Source of the DNA: Mycolicibacterium smegmatis
GTDB taxonomy: Bacteria > Actinomycetota > Actinomycetes > Mycobacteriales > Mycobacteriaceae
NCBI RefSeq assembly: GCF_001457595.1
Contig: NZ_LN831039.1
Coordinates: 3,750,001-3,782,000, forward strand
Reading direction: 5' to 3'
Length of the DNA: 32,000 bases
In this document: in pieces, positions 11,489 through 19,861 of the stretch
Layout: the number at the start of each line of letters is the position of its first letter
Numbering within the stretch: position 1 is the stretch's first letter
Made by a program: the position numbers and the translations under genes
Notes under the pieces: model-generated
Databases searched by the model: none
What the model was told of the DNA's origin: nothing
Seen by the model: the letters and a program-made list of their open reading frames with translations, nothing else

Positions 11489-11797
11489 TCTTGGTTGCGC
11501 TCCATGGGCTGGGGTCCCGAGGGCTCCCTGCGGGTGCGCGTGTTCGCCCTCGTACCCGGCCTCGCCCTCGGCAGTCGCGATAGTATTGAGCCTCACTGCA
11601 TCCATTGCCATCCATCGCCGGTCCCTCTGACGGGCCGGCGCGAACGAAAGGGTTCACGTGCCGCAGGCACCGACTGAGGCCTCCGGTTCTGGACCGGTCT
11701 TCCGGGCGGAGCAGCAATCAGTCCTGAGCGCCGACACCGACGACCCCTCTCCTAGTCAGCCGGGCTATGGGCCCGGCGTCGGGTGGGTGAAGTCGCG

Positions 11798-13168
11798 ATG
11801 AGCGACACAAATGTGTGGTTGTCCCTGCTGGCGATCCTGGCGGTGGTGCTGCTCACCTTCGGCACCGCGGTGTTCGTGGCTGCCGAGTTCTCGCTGACCG
11901 CTCTCGAACGCAGCACCGTGGAGGCGAACGCGCGCGCAGGCGACCGGCGTGACCACATGGTCCGCCACGCGCACCGCACGCTGTCCTTCCAGCTCTCCGG
12001 CGCCCAGGTGGGCATCTCGATCACCACGCTGGCCACCGGTTATCTGGCCGAACCGGTGATCGGCAAGCTGATCCACCCCGGTCTGGACGCGATCGGCATT
12101 CCCGCCAACTTCGCGGGCGGCCTGTCCTTGTTCTTCGCGGTCGTGATCGCCACGTCACTGTCGATGGTGTTCGGCGAGCTGGTGCCGAAGAACCTCGCGG
12201 TGGCGCGCCCGGTTCCGACGGCGCGCGCCGCCGCGCCGTTCCAGCTGCTGTTCTCGCTGATCTTCACACCGGTCATCCGGCTCACCAACGGCACCGCGAA
12301 CTGGATCCTGCGCCGCCTGGGCATCGAACCTGCCGAGGAACTGCGTTCGGCCCGCACCGGTCAGGAACTGGCTGCGCTGGTACGCAATTCGGCGCGCAGC
12401 GGTTCGCTGGACCCGGTCACGGCACTGCTCGTGGACCGTTCGCTGCAGTTCGGTGAGCGCACGGCCGAGGAACTCATGACGCCGCGGCCCAAGATCGAGA
12501 CGCTCGACGCCGACGACACCGTGGTGGACCTGATGGACGCCGCGATCCGCACCGGGTTCTCGCGGTTCCCGATCATCAAGGGCGACCTCGACGAGACCAT
12601 CGGCGTCGTACACGTCAAACAGGTGTTCGCGGTGCCGCGCGACAAACGCGACCGCGTCCGGCTGGCGAGCCTGGCGCTGCCGGTCGCCAAGGTGCCCTCG
12701 ACGCTCGACGGCGACGCCGTGATGACCCAGATCAGGGCCAACGGCCTGCAGACCGCGCTGGTGGTCGACGAGTACGGCGGCACCGCGGGCATGGTGACGG
12801 TCGAGGATCTCATCGAGGAGATCGTCGGCGACGTCCGCGACGAGCACGACGACGCGACGCCTGACGTCATGCCCGCGGGCAAGGGCTGGCAGGTGTCGGG
12901 CCTGCTGCGCATCGACGAGGTGGCCGCGCAGACCGGTTTCCGGGCGCCCGAGGGCGAATACGAGACCATCGGCGGGCTGGTGCTGCAGGAACTCGGCCAC
13001 ATCCCCGAGACGGGCGAGGCCGTGGATCTGACCGCGTTCGATCCCGACACCGATGCCGACGAGCCGACGCACTGGCTGGCGACCGTGGTGCGGATGGACG
13101 GCAGGCGCATCGACCTGCTCGAACTGACCAAGCTCGAACCCGCCGGTGAGGGTGAGCCCAATGGGTGA
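11798..13168 (+). CDS. DUF21(CNNM)-CBS-CorC_HlyC membrane protein, CorB/MpfA-like putative Mg2+/divalent cation transporter (Rv1842c-like)
   Basis: From ATG 11798: [39 protein letters not shown] (DUF21 start), [10 protein letters not shown], a CBS pair, and a C-terminal transporter-associated domain ([21 protein letters not shown]). Confidence 0.9.
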   Translation: MSDTNVWLSLLAILAVVLLTFGTAVFVAAEFSLTALERSTVEANARAGDRRDHMVRHAHRTLSFQLSGAQVGISITTLATGYLAEPVIGKLIHPGLDAIGIPANFAGGLSLFFAVVIATSLSMVFGELVPKNLAVARPVPTARAAAPFQLLFSLIFTPVIRLTNGTANWILRRLGIEPAEELRSARTGQELAALVRNSARSGSLDPVTALLVDRSLQFGERTAEELMTPRPKIETLDADDTVVDLMDAAIRTGFSRFPIIKGDLDETIGVVHVKQVFAVPRDKRDRVRLASLALPVAKVPSTLDGDAVMTQIRANGLQTALVVDEYGGTAGMVTVEDLIEEIVGDVRDEHDDATPDVMPAGKGWQVSGLLRIDEVAAQTGFRAPEGEYETIGGLVLQELGHIPETGEAVDLTAFDPDTDADEPTHWLATVVRMDGRRIDLLELTKLEPAGEGEPNG

Positions 13169-14255
13169 TGTGTTCGGTGTCCTGCTGACCGTGCTGCTGC
13201 TCGCGGCCAACGCGTTCTTCGTGGCGGCCGAGTTCGCGCTGATCTCGGCGCGGCGTGACCGCCTGCAGGCGCTCGCCGAGCAGGGCAAGAAGAGCGCGAT
13301 CACCGTGATCCGGGCGGGCGAGCACCTGTCGCTGATGCTGGCAGGCTCCCAGCTGGGCATCACGATCTGCTCGATCCTGCTGGGCCGCGTGGGCGAACCG
13401 GCCGTGGCGCATCTGCTGGAGAAGCCGTTCGCGCTGATCGGCGTGTCCGACACGGTGCTGCACACGGTGTCGTTCGTCGTGGCGCTGGCGGTCGTGGTGA
13501 TCCTGCACGTGCTGCTGGGTGAGATGGTGCCGAAGAACATCGCGATCGCGGGTCCGGAGACCGCGGCGATGCTGCTCATCCCGCCCTATCTGCTGTACAT
13601 CCGCGCCGCGCGCCCGTTCATCGCGTTCTACAACTGGTGCGCCAACGCGACGCTGCGGGCATTCGGCGTCGAACCACGCGACGAACTCGCCTCGGCGGTC
13701 TCGACCGTCGAACTGTCCGAGATGATCGCCGAATCGGTGTCGGAGGGTCTGCTCGACACCGAGGAGCACAGCAGGCTCACCCGCGCGCTGCAGACGCGGA
13801 CCCGTACAGTGACCGACGTGGCGATGCCGCTCAGCGGGATCCACGCGGTCTCGGTCGCGGGCCCGGGCTGCGGGCCGACCGTCGGCGCGGTGGAACAGGC
13901 CCTCGCCGAGACCGGATACTCACGCTTCCCGGTGACCGACGCGTCCGGCACCTTCATCGGGTACCTGCACATCAAGGATGTGCTGCTGCAGGTCAACGAG
14001 CCCGACTCGGTCGTCGACCTGGCCATGGTGCGCCCCCTTCCGCAGGTGCCTGCGTCACTGCCGGTGCCCGACGCGCTGTCGCGCATGCGCCGCAGCAACA
14101 GCCACCTTGCCCTCGTGGTCGACGACAGCCTCATCGACGTGCACGGCAGCACGGCGCACACCGCGGCCGACAACACCGTCACGGCGATGGTCGCGCTCGA
14201 AGACCTCGTGGAAGACCTCGTCGGAACGGTGCGCGACGGTACGCACCGTGTCTGA
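13161..14255 (+). CDS. DUF21(CNNM)-CBS membrane protein, paralogue lacking the CorC_HlyC tail (Rv1841c-like)
   Basis: From ATG 13161: [45 protein letters not shown], and a CBS pair. The start overlaps the upstream stop by 8 nt (ATGGGTGA). Confidence 0.9.
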   Translation: MGDVFGVLLTVLLLAANAFFVAAEFALISARRDRLQALAEQGKKSAITVIRAGEHLSLMLAGSQLGITICSILLGRVGEPAVAHLLEKPFALIGVSDTVLHTVSFVVALAVVVILHVLLGEMVPKNIAIAGPETAAMLLIPPYLLYIRAARPFIAFYNWCANATLRAFGVEPRDELASAVSTVELSEMIAESVSEGLLDTEEHSRLTRALQTRTRTVTDVAMPLSGIHAVSVAGPGCGPTVGAVEQALAETGYSRFPVTDASGTFIGYLHIKDVLLQVNEPDSVVDLAMVRPLPQVPASLPVPDALSRMRRSNSHLALVVDDSLIDVHGSTAHTAADNTVTAMVALEDLVEDLVGTVRDGTHRV

Positions 14256-15276
14256 TGCGGTGGGCACCTCGGTGACGCGCGGGCATCCGCGTCGTCTGCT
14301 CGACGAACGTGAGTGGACCGCGGCCGAGCAGCGGCACCGCGAGCGCGTCGAGGAGTTCCTCGCGCCGCACGTGCGGCGCATGCAGCGCCGGGAGCCACAT
14401 CCGGTGTGGGACTTCCTGTTCACCTACTACAGCCTGCGGCCCCGTCAGCTGCGGCGGTGGCATCCCGGGTACGGGATCGTGCTGACCGGTCCGTCGGCCG
14501 ACCGGTTCCTCACCTACCCCGGTTACGGCCGCCACGACGAGGGCGCCGGTGTGACCGTCACGTGTGAGCATCTCGCCTCCCGGACGGACACTGTGCGATT
14601 CGTCGCGGCGCTCATGCGCGCCACGGCCGCGCGCACCCCGCGGCTGAACTGTTTCGGACTGCACGAGTGGGCCATGGTCTATCGCACCGATCACGTGCGG
14701 CACTCCGCGGTGCCGCTGCGGCTCAGCGCGGCGGGCACCGACGCGGTGGTCGACTCGATGCCACTGCGCTGCACGCATTTCGACGCGTTCCGCTTCTTCA
14801 CCGACGCGGCGGCCCCGCGCAACGAGCGGCAGCTGACACGTGATCAGCAGATCGCCTCCGAACAGCCGGGATGTGTCCACGCGTCGATGGATCTGTACAA
14901 GTGGGCGTACAAGCTCGGCCCGCTCGTCGCGAGCGATCTGGTGGCCGACGCGCTGGAACTCGCGGTCGACGCGCGGGCGCTGGATATGCGCGCCAGCCCC
15001 TATGACCTGACAAGCTATGGTTTCGAACCGATCGCCATCGAAACACCGGCCGGACGAGCCGAGTACGTCCGCGCCCAGGGGCAGATCGCCGAACGGGCGG
15101 CCTCGATACGGGCTGCCTTGGCAAACCGATGTGAGTTGTTGCTCATCGACATGACGGTGGAAACGCCGACGTTACCGATGGGTAAGCTGGATAAACGGCA
15201 GGCGCCACCCGGCGCGGAAGAGCCGAGGGAGGAAAGCATGACCACCCACCGAGCAGCTAAGGCGGTTCGCGCATGA
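14248..15276 (+). CDS. conserved hypothetical protein (unassigned; start and C-terminal ~45 aa uncertain)
   Basis: The in-frame coding-looking segment starts after the upstream stop. GTG 14248 overlaps TGA 14253-14255; GTG 14260 and 14272 are alternatives. Distinctive blocks are [39 protein letters not shown] and [12 protein letters not shown]. The stop overlaps the glcB ATG (ATGA). Confidence 0.7.
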   Translation: MSDAVGTSVTRGHPRRLLDEREWTAAEQRHRERVEEFLAPHVRRMQRREPHPVWDFLFTYYSLRPRQLRRWHPGYGIVLTGPSADRFLTYPGYGRHDEGAGVTVTCEHLASRTDTVRFVAALMRATAARTPRLNCFGLHEWAMVYRTDHVRHSAVPLRLSAAGTDAVVDSMPLRCTHFDAFRFFTDAAAPRNERQLTRDQQIASEQPGCVHASMDLYKWAYKLGPLVASDLVADALELAVDARALDMRASPYDLTSYGFEPIAIETPAGRAEYVRAQGQIAERAASIRAALANRCELLLIDMTVETPTLPMGKLDKRQAPPGAEEPREESMTTHRAAKAVRA

Positions 15277-17471
15277 GTGATCGCGTTGCAGTTGGAAACC
15301 TGCGTGTGGCCAAGGTGCTGCACGACTTCATCACCAACGAGGCGCTGCCGGGTACTGGCGTAGACCCCGACAGCTTCTGGTCGGGTGTCGACAAGGTGGT
15401 CTCCGACCTGACCCCGAAGAACCAGGAACTGCTGGCGCGCCGCGACGAACTGCAGGCGCAGATCGACAAGTGGCACCGCTCGCACGTGCTCGAGCCGGTG
15501 GACCCGGTCGCCTACAAGCAGTTCCTCACCGACATCGGCTACCTGCTGCCGGAGCCCGAGGACTTCACCATCACCACCGCAGGTGTCGACGACGAGATCA
15601 CCACCACCGCGGGCCCGCAGCTCGTGGTGCCGATCCTCAACGCGCGCTTCGCCCTCAACGCCGCAAACGCACGCTGGGGTTCGCTGTACGACGCGCTGTA
15701 CGGCACCGACGTCATCTCCGAGGAGGACGGCGCCGAGAAGGGCACGGGGTACAACAAGATCCGTGGCGACAAGGTGATCGCCTACGCGCGCGGATTCCTC
15801 GACGAGGTCGTGCCGCTGGCCGAGGGTTCGTGGAGCGAGGCCACCGGTCTGAAAATCGACGACGGCGCACTGGAAGTCGCGCTCGGCGACGACAAGGTCA
15901 CCGGACTCTCGGTGCCCGAGGCGTTCGTCGGCTACACCGGCGAACTCGGCGAGCCGCAGTGGTCGGTGCTGCTGCGCAATCACGGGCTGCACATCGAGAT
16001 CCTCATCGACCCGTCCTCGCCCGTCGGCTCGACCGACTCCGCAGGCATCAAGGACGTCGTGCTGGAGTCCGCGGTCACCACGATCATGGACTTCGAGGAT
16101 TCGGTCGCCGCGGTCGACGCCGACGACAAGGTGCTCGGCTACCGCAACTGGCTGGGCCTGAACCGCGGTGACCTCACCGAAGAGGTCACCAAGGGCGACA
16201 AGACCTTCACGCGTGTCCTCAACGACGACCGCGTGTTCAAGACCCCCGACGGCGAAGGTGAGCTGACCCTGCCCGGTCGCAGCCTGCTGTTCGTCCGCAA
16301 CGTCGGCCACCTGATGACCAACGACGCGATCGTCGACGCCGATGGGAACGAGATCCCCGAAGGCATCCAGGACGCGTTGTTCACCAGCCTGATCGCGATG
16401 CACGGCCTCAAGGCCGGCGACCAGAACGGCCCGCTGACCAACAGCCGCACGGGTTCGATCTACATCGTCAAACCCAAGATGCACGGCCCCGACGAGGTCG
16501 CCTTCACCTGTGAGCTGTTCAGCCGCGTCGAGGACGTGCTCGGCCTGCCCGCCAACACCCTCAAGGTCGGCATCATGGATGAGGAGCGGCGCACCTCGGT
16601 CAACCTCAAGGCCTGCATCAAGGCCGCCGCCGACCGCGTGGTGTTCATCAACACCGGATTCCTCGACCGCACCGGCGACGAGATCCACACCTCGATGGAA
16701 GCCGGGCCCATGGTGCGCAAGGGCACCATGAAGAGCCAGCCCTGGATCCTGGCCTACGAGGACGCCAACGTCGACGTCGGTCTGGCCGCCGGGTTCTCCG
16801 GCAAGGCCCAGATCGGCAAGGGCATGTGGGCCATGACCGACCTGATGGCCGACATGGTCGAGCAGAAGATCGGCCAGCCCAAGGCCGGCGCCACCACCGC
16901 GTGGGTGCCCTCCCCGACTGCCGCCACGCTGCACGCGATGCACTACCACCAGGTCGACGTGTTCGCGGTGCAGTCCGAACTCGCTGGCAAGAAGCGCGGC
17001 AAGCTCGAAGACCTGCTGACCATCCCGCTGGCCGACTCGTCGCTGACGTGGTCGCCCGAGGAGATCCACGAAGAGGTCGACAACAACTGCCAGTCGATCC
17101 TGGGCTACGTGGTGCGCTGGATCGACGCCGGTGTCGGCTGTTCGAAGGTCCCCGACATCCACGACGTCGCACTCATGGAGGACCGTGCGACGCTGCGGAT
17201 CTCCAGCCAACTGCTGGCCAACTGGCTGCGCCACGGTGTGATCACCGAGGAGGACGTCAAGACCAGCCTGCGGCGCATGGCGGCCGTGGTCGACGAGCAG
17301 AACGCGGGCGATCCGGCGTACCTGCCGATGGCGCCGAACCCCGACGCCAGCATCGCCTTCGCCGCCGCGCAGGAGCTGATCCTGTCGGGCACACAGCAAC
17401 CCAACGGCTACACCGAACCGATCCTGCACCGGCGCCGCCGCGAGTTCAAAGCCCGCGCCGCTGCGCAGTGA
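15273..17471 (+). CDS. glcB: malate synthase G
   Basis: 732-aa ORF, near-collinear with remembered M. tuberculosis GlcB ([36 protein letters not shown]..., ...[20 protein letters not shown]). Confidence 0.98.
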   Translation: MSDRVAVGNLRVAKVLHDFITNEALPGTGVDPDSFWSGVDKVVSDLTPKNQELLARRDELQAQIDKWHRSHVLEPVDPVAYKQFLTDIGYLLPEPEDFTITTAGVDDEITTTAGPQLVVPILNARFALNAANARWGSLYDALYGTDVISEEDGAEKGTGYNKIRGDKVIAYARGFLDEVVPLAEGSWSEATGLKIDDGALEVALGDDKVTGLSVPEAFVGYTGELGEPQWSVLLRNHGLHIEILIDPSSPVGSTDSAGIKDVVLESAVTTIMDFEDSVAAVDADDKVLGYRNWLGLNRGDLTEEVTKGDKTFTRVLNDDRVFKTPDGEGELTLPGRSLLFVRNVGHLMTNDAIVDADGNEIPEGIQDALFTSLIAMHGLKAGDQNGPLTNSRTGSIYIVKPKMHGPDEVAFTCELFSRVEDVLGLPANTLKVGIMDEERRTSVNLKACIKAAADRVVFINTGFLDRTGDEIHTSMEAGPMVRKGTMKSQPWILAYEDANVDVGLAAGFSGKAQIGKGMWAMTDLMADMVEQKIGQPKAGATTAWVPSPTAATLHAMHYHQVDVFAVQSELAGKKRGKLEDLLTIPLADSSLTWSPEEIHEEVDNNCQSILGYVVRWIDAGVGCSKVPDIHDVALMEDRATLRISSQLLANWLRHGVITEEDVKTSLRRMAAVVDEQNAGDPAYLPMAPNPDASIAFAAAQELILSGTQQPNGYTEPILHRRRREFKARAAAQ

Positions 17472-17518
17472 CTAGACTGCGGCGGGATCCGATTGAGTGA
17501 CGAGTCAAGGGGTTAGGA

Positions 17519-19795
17519 ATGGGCAGGCACAGCATTCCGGACCCCGAGGATGCGGCCGACGAGCCGGAATCCGGGTACCGACAGGGCGCAGGCGGTCAGG
17601 GTGGCCCGCCGGATCATCCGACCGAGGTGTTCGAGCGGATCGGTGATTCCGGTCCGGCAACTCCCCGTCGGCGGCACCGTTACGCCGACGAGCCGGACGA
17701 GCCCGACGAGATCGCGGACAGCGACTACACGGACTACTCGGATTCGGACTACGTCGACGAGTACGCCGACGAGTACGGCACCGAATACGACCCGGAATAC
17801 GGTGACGAGTACCGGGGCGGGTACCGCGGCGGTTTTGGCAGCGAGTACGACACCGATTACTCGGACGACTACTCCGATGACTCGCCGCGTGACGAGTACG
17901 GCTACAGCACCGCTTCGGGTCATGCCCCGCGTCGTCGCGGCCGTGACGACCTGTCCGTCGACGACGAGGACGCCGAGACCACCAAGCTGAGCGCGGCGGG
18001 CGGCACGCCGCCCCCGCCGCCACGTTCGCGCCGCAGCCGCAGCGCCGACGGGGACAGCGAGTGGACCGGCAGCCACCGTGCCGTGGAGTCGCGGCGCCGC
18101 GGCGTCAGCGTCGGCGTGATCGTCGCACTGGTGTCCGTGGTCGTCCTGGTGGCGGCGGTGATCGTGTGGAAGTTCGTCGGCGACGCCCTTTCCGACCGCA
18201 GCGACGCCGCGGCCGCGCGGTGCGTCGCGGGCGAGATCGGCGTACCGGTGATCGCCGACCCGACCATCTCGACGCACATCGAGTCGTTGGCCAACAAGTA
18301 CAACCAGTCGGCCAGCCCGGTCGGCGACAAATGCGTCAAGGTGCGCGTGCAGTCCGCCGAATCCGACCGCGTGGTGAGCGGTTTCGCCAACTCCTGGCCG
18401 TCGGAGCTGGGTGACCGGCCAGCCCTGTGGATCCCGTCGAGCTCGATCGGCTCGGCCCGGCTTGAGGCCACCGCGGGGTCCGAGACCGTCAGCGACAGCC
18501 GGTCGCTGGTCACCTCGCCGGTAGTTCTCGCGACCTCACCCGAGTTGAAGACCGCGCTGGGACAACAGAACTGGCAGAAGCTGCCCGAGCTGCAGAGCAG
18601 CCCGACCGCCATGGACGGTCTGCGCCTGCCCAACTGGGGCACGCTGAAACTCGCGCTTCCCAAGCTGGACAACGGTGACACTGCGTATCTGGTCGCCGAG
18701 GCCGTCGCGGTCACGTCGGCGCCCTCGGGGGCGCCGCCCACCGCGGGCATGGGCGCGGTGAGCACGCTGCTGAACGGTCAGCCCAAACTCGACGACGCCG
18801 AGCTGTCGACCGCATTCGACGCCATGCTCGACGCGTCGGATTCGGCGGCCGCGCCCGTGCACGCCGTCGCGACCACCGAGCAGCAGCTGTTCCAGCGGGC
18901 GACGACACTCGACGACGCGGGCTCGAAGCTCGCGGGCTGGCTCCCACAGGGGCCCGCGGCCGTCGCCGACTACCCGACGGTGCTGCTGGCGGGCAGCTGG
19001 CTGGAGCAGGAACAGGTCACCGCCGCCAGTGAGTTCGCCCGGTATCTGCGCAAGCCCGAGCAGCTTGCCGAACTCGCCAAGGCCGGGTTCCGCGCCGAGG
19101 ATGCGACGTCGCCCGACAGCGACGTGACCGATTTCGGTCCGATCGCCAACCCGGTGTCGATCGCCGACGAGTCGACGCGGGTCACGCTCGCCAACGCGAC
19201 CGCGGCGCCGGTGTCGAGCCCCGCCGTGACGATCATGCTCGACCGGTCGATGCCCACCGACGAGGGTGGCAGGTCGCGGCTGCAGAACGTGGTCGAGGCG
19301 CTCACCAACCGGCTCAAGGCACTTCCGGTGACCTCCGAGGTGGGGCTGTGGACCTTCGACGGCACCGAGGGCCGCTCCGAGGTGTCGATGGGCCCGATGG
19401 CCGAACCGGTCGACGGCAGGGCCCGCTCCGAGGTGCTCAACTCCACGCTGGAGGACCAGTCGGCAGCCGGTGGCGGCGCGGTGTCGTTCACGACGCTGCG
19501 GCTGGTCTACAACGAGGCGAAGGCCAATTTCGTGGAAGGCCGCGGCAATTCGGTTCTGGTGATCACCACCGGGCCGCACACCGACCGCAGCCTCGACGGC
19601 CCGGGGCTGCAGGAGTTCATCCGCAGCAATTTCGATCCGGCGCGCCCGATCGCGGTCAACGTCATCGACTTCGGTGACGATTCCGACCGCGAGACGTGGG
19701 AGGCGGTCGCGCAGGCCAGCGGCGGCGACTACGTGAACCTGCCGACGTCCACCGCGCCCGAACTCGTCACGTCCGTCGCGACGATGCTGGGCTGA
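17519..19795 (+). CDS. membrane protein with acidic Tyr-rich cytoplasmic N-terminus, one TM, extracytoplasmic solute-binding-like plus vWA domain (Rv1836c-like)
   Basis: 758-aa ORF with AAGGGG 8 nt upstream. The TM segment is VSVGVIVALVSVVVLVAAVIVW. The C-terminal vWA-like region has a degenerate MIDAS (VTIMLDRSMPTD ... VLVITTGPHTD). Its position after glcB matches Rv1836c. Confidence 0.85.
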   Translation: MGRHSIPDPEDAADEPESGYRQGAGGQGGPPDHPTEVFERIGDSGPATPRRRHRYADEPDEPDEIADSDYTDYSDSDYVDEYADEYGTEYDPEYGDEYRGGYRGGFGSEYDTDYSDDYSDDSPRDEYGYSTASGHAPRRRGRDDLSVDDEDAETTKLSAAGGTPPPPPRSRRSRSADGDSEWTGSHRAVESRRRGVSVGVIVALVSVVVLVAAVIVWKFVGDALSDRSDAAAARCVAGEIGVPVIADPTISTHIESLANKYNQSASPVGDKCVKVRVQSAESDRVVSGFANSWPSELGDRPALWIPSSSIGSARLEATAGSETVSDSRSLVTSPVVLATSPELKTALGQQNWQKLPELQSSPTAMDGLRLPNWGTLKLALPKLDNGDTAYLVAEAVAVTSAPSGAPPTAGMGAVSTLLNGQPKLDDAELSTAFDAMLDASDSAAAPVHAVATTEQQLFQRATTLDDAGSKLAGWLPQGPAAVADYPTVLLAGSWLEQEQVTAASEFARYLRKPEQLAELAKAGFRAEDATSPDSDVTDFGPIANPVSIADESTRVTLANATAAPVSSPAVTIMLDRSMPTDEGGRSRLQNVVEALTNRLKALPVTSEVGLWTFDGTEGRSEVSMGPMAEPVDGRARSEVLNSTLEDQSAAGGGAVSFTTLRLVYNEAKANFVEGRGNSVLVITTGPHTDRSLDGPGLQEFIRSNFDPARPIAVNVIDFGDDSDRETWEAVAQASGGDYVNLPTSTAPELVTSVATMLG

Positions 19796-19809
19796 GCACC
19801 CGGATCGTT

Positions 19810-19851
19810 CCGGCCGCCCCGCCACATCGGTGTGAGGTGACGGGGCCGGCC
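19810..19851. terminator. GC-rich imperfect hairpin between convergent genes (possible bidirectional terminator, no U-tract)
   Basis: CCGGCCGCCCCG (19810-19821) pairs with CGGGGCCGGCC (19841-19851), giving about 10 bp with one bulge. The inner CCACA/TGTG(A)GG extends the stem. It lies between the stops at 19795 (+) and 19862 (-). Confidence 0.3.
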
Positions 19852-19861
19852 TGACGGACGA

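Noticed and set aside
11440-11780. Known riboswitch classes in the long divergent intergenic region, checked by eye on both strands: cobalamin (GCGACTG...GGGCGAGGCC against the B12 box), M-box (GTGAGGCTC, ATGGAGCGCAACCAAG), TPP, fluoride (GGCGATGG), ZTP, Mn/yybP and ykkC.
   Set aside because: Only short partial word matches were found. Their order and spacing, and the remaining conserved blocks, do not fit any of the consensus structures. The region is kept only as an unassigned structured region.
15015-17429. 804-aa ORF antisense to glcB. Similar very long antisense ORFs are 20039..22921 (+, 960 aa, opposite gcvP), 29381..31675 (+, 764 aa, opposite secA2), 5026..6420 and 6243..7355 (-, opposite gnd and guaB1), 3539..4780 (-, opposite blaI/blaR), 12155..13579 (-), 18536..19825 (-) and 10101..11414 (+).
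   Set aside because: Stop codons are rare in high-GC DNA, so open frames opposite real genes are expected. The translations are Arg/Gly/Ala/Asp/His/Val-rich low-information sequence with no recognisable motifs. In every case the opposite strand encodes a protein with unambiguous family signatures.
17681-17908. Degenerate 12-nt DNA periodicity (GACGAGTAC recurring), considered as a tandem repeat, VNTR or CRISPR-like array.
   Set aside because: The repeats are imperfect, lie in frame inside a long ORF, have no spacer architecture, and translate to the xxEY peptide repeat. This is reported as a protein-level feature instead.
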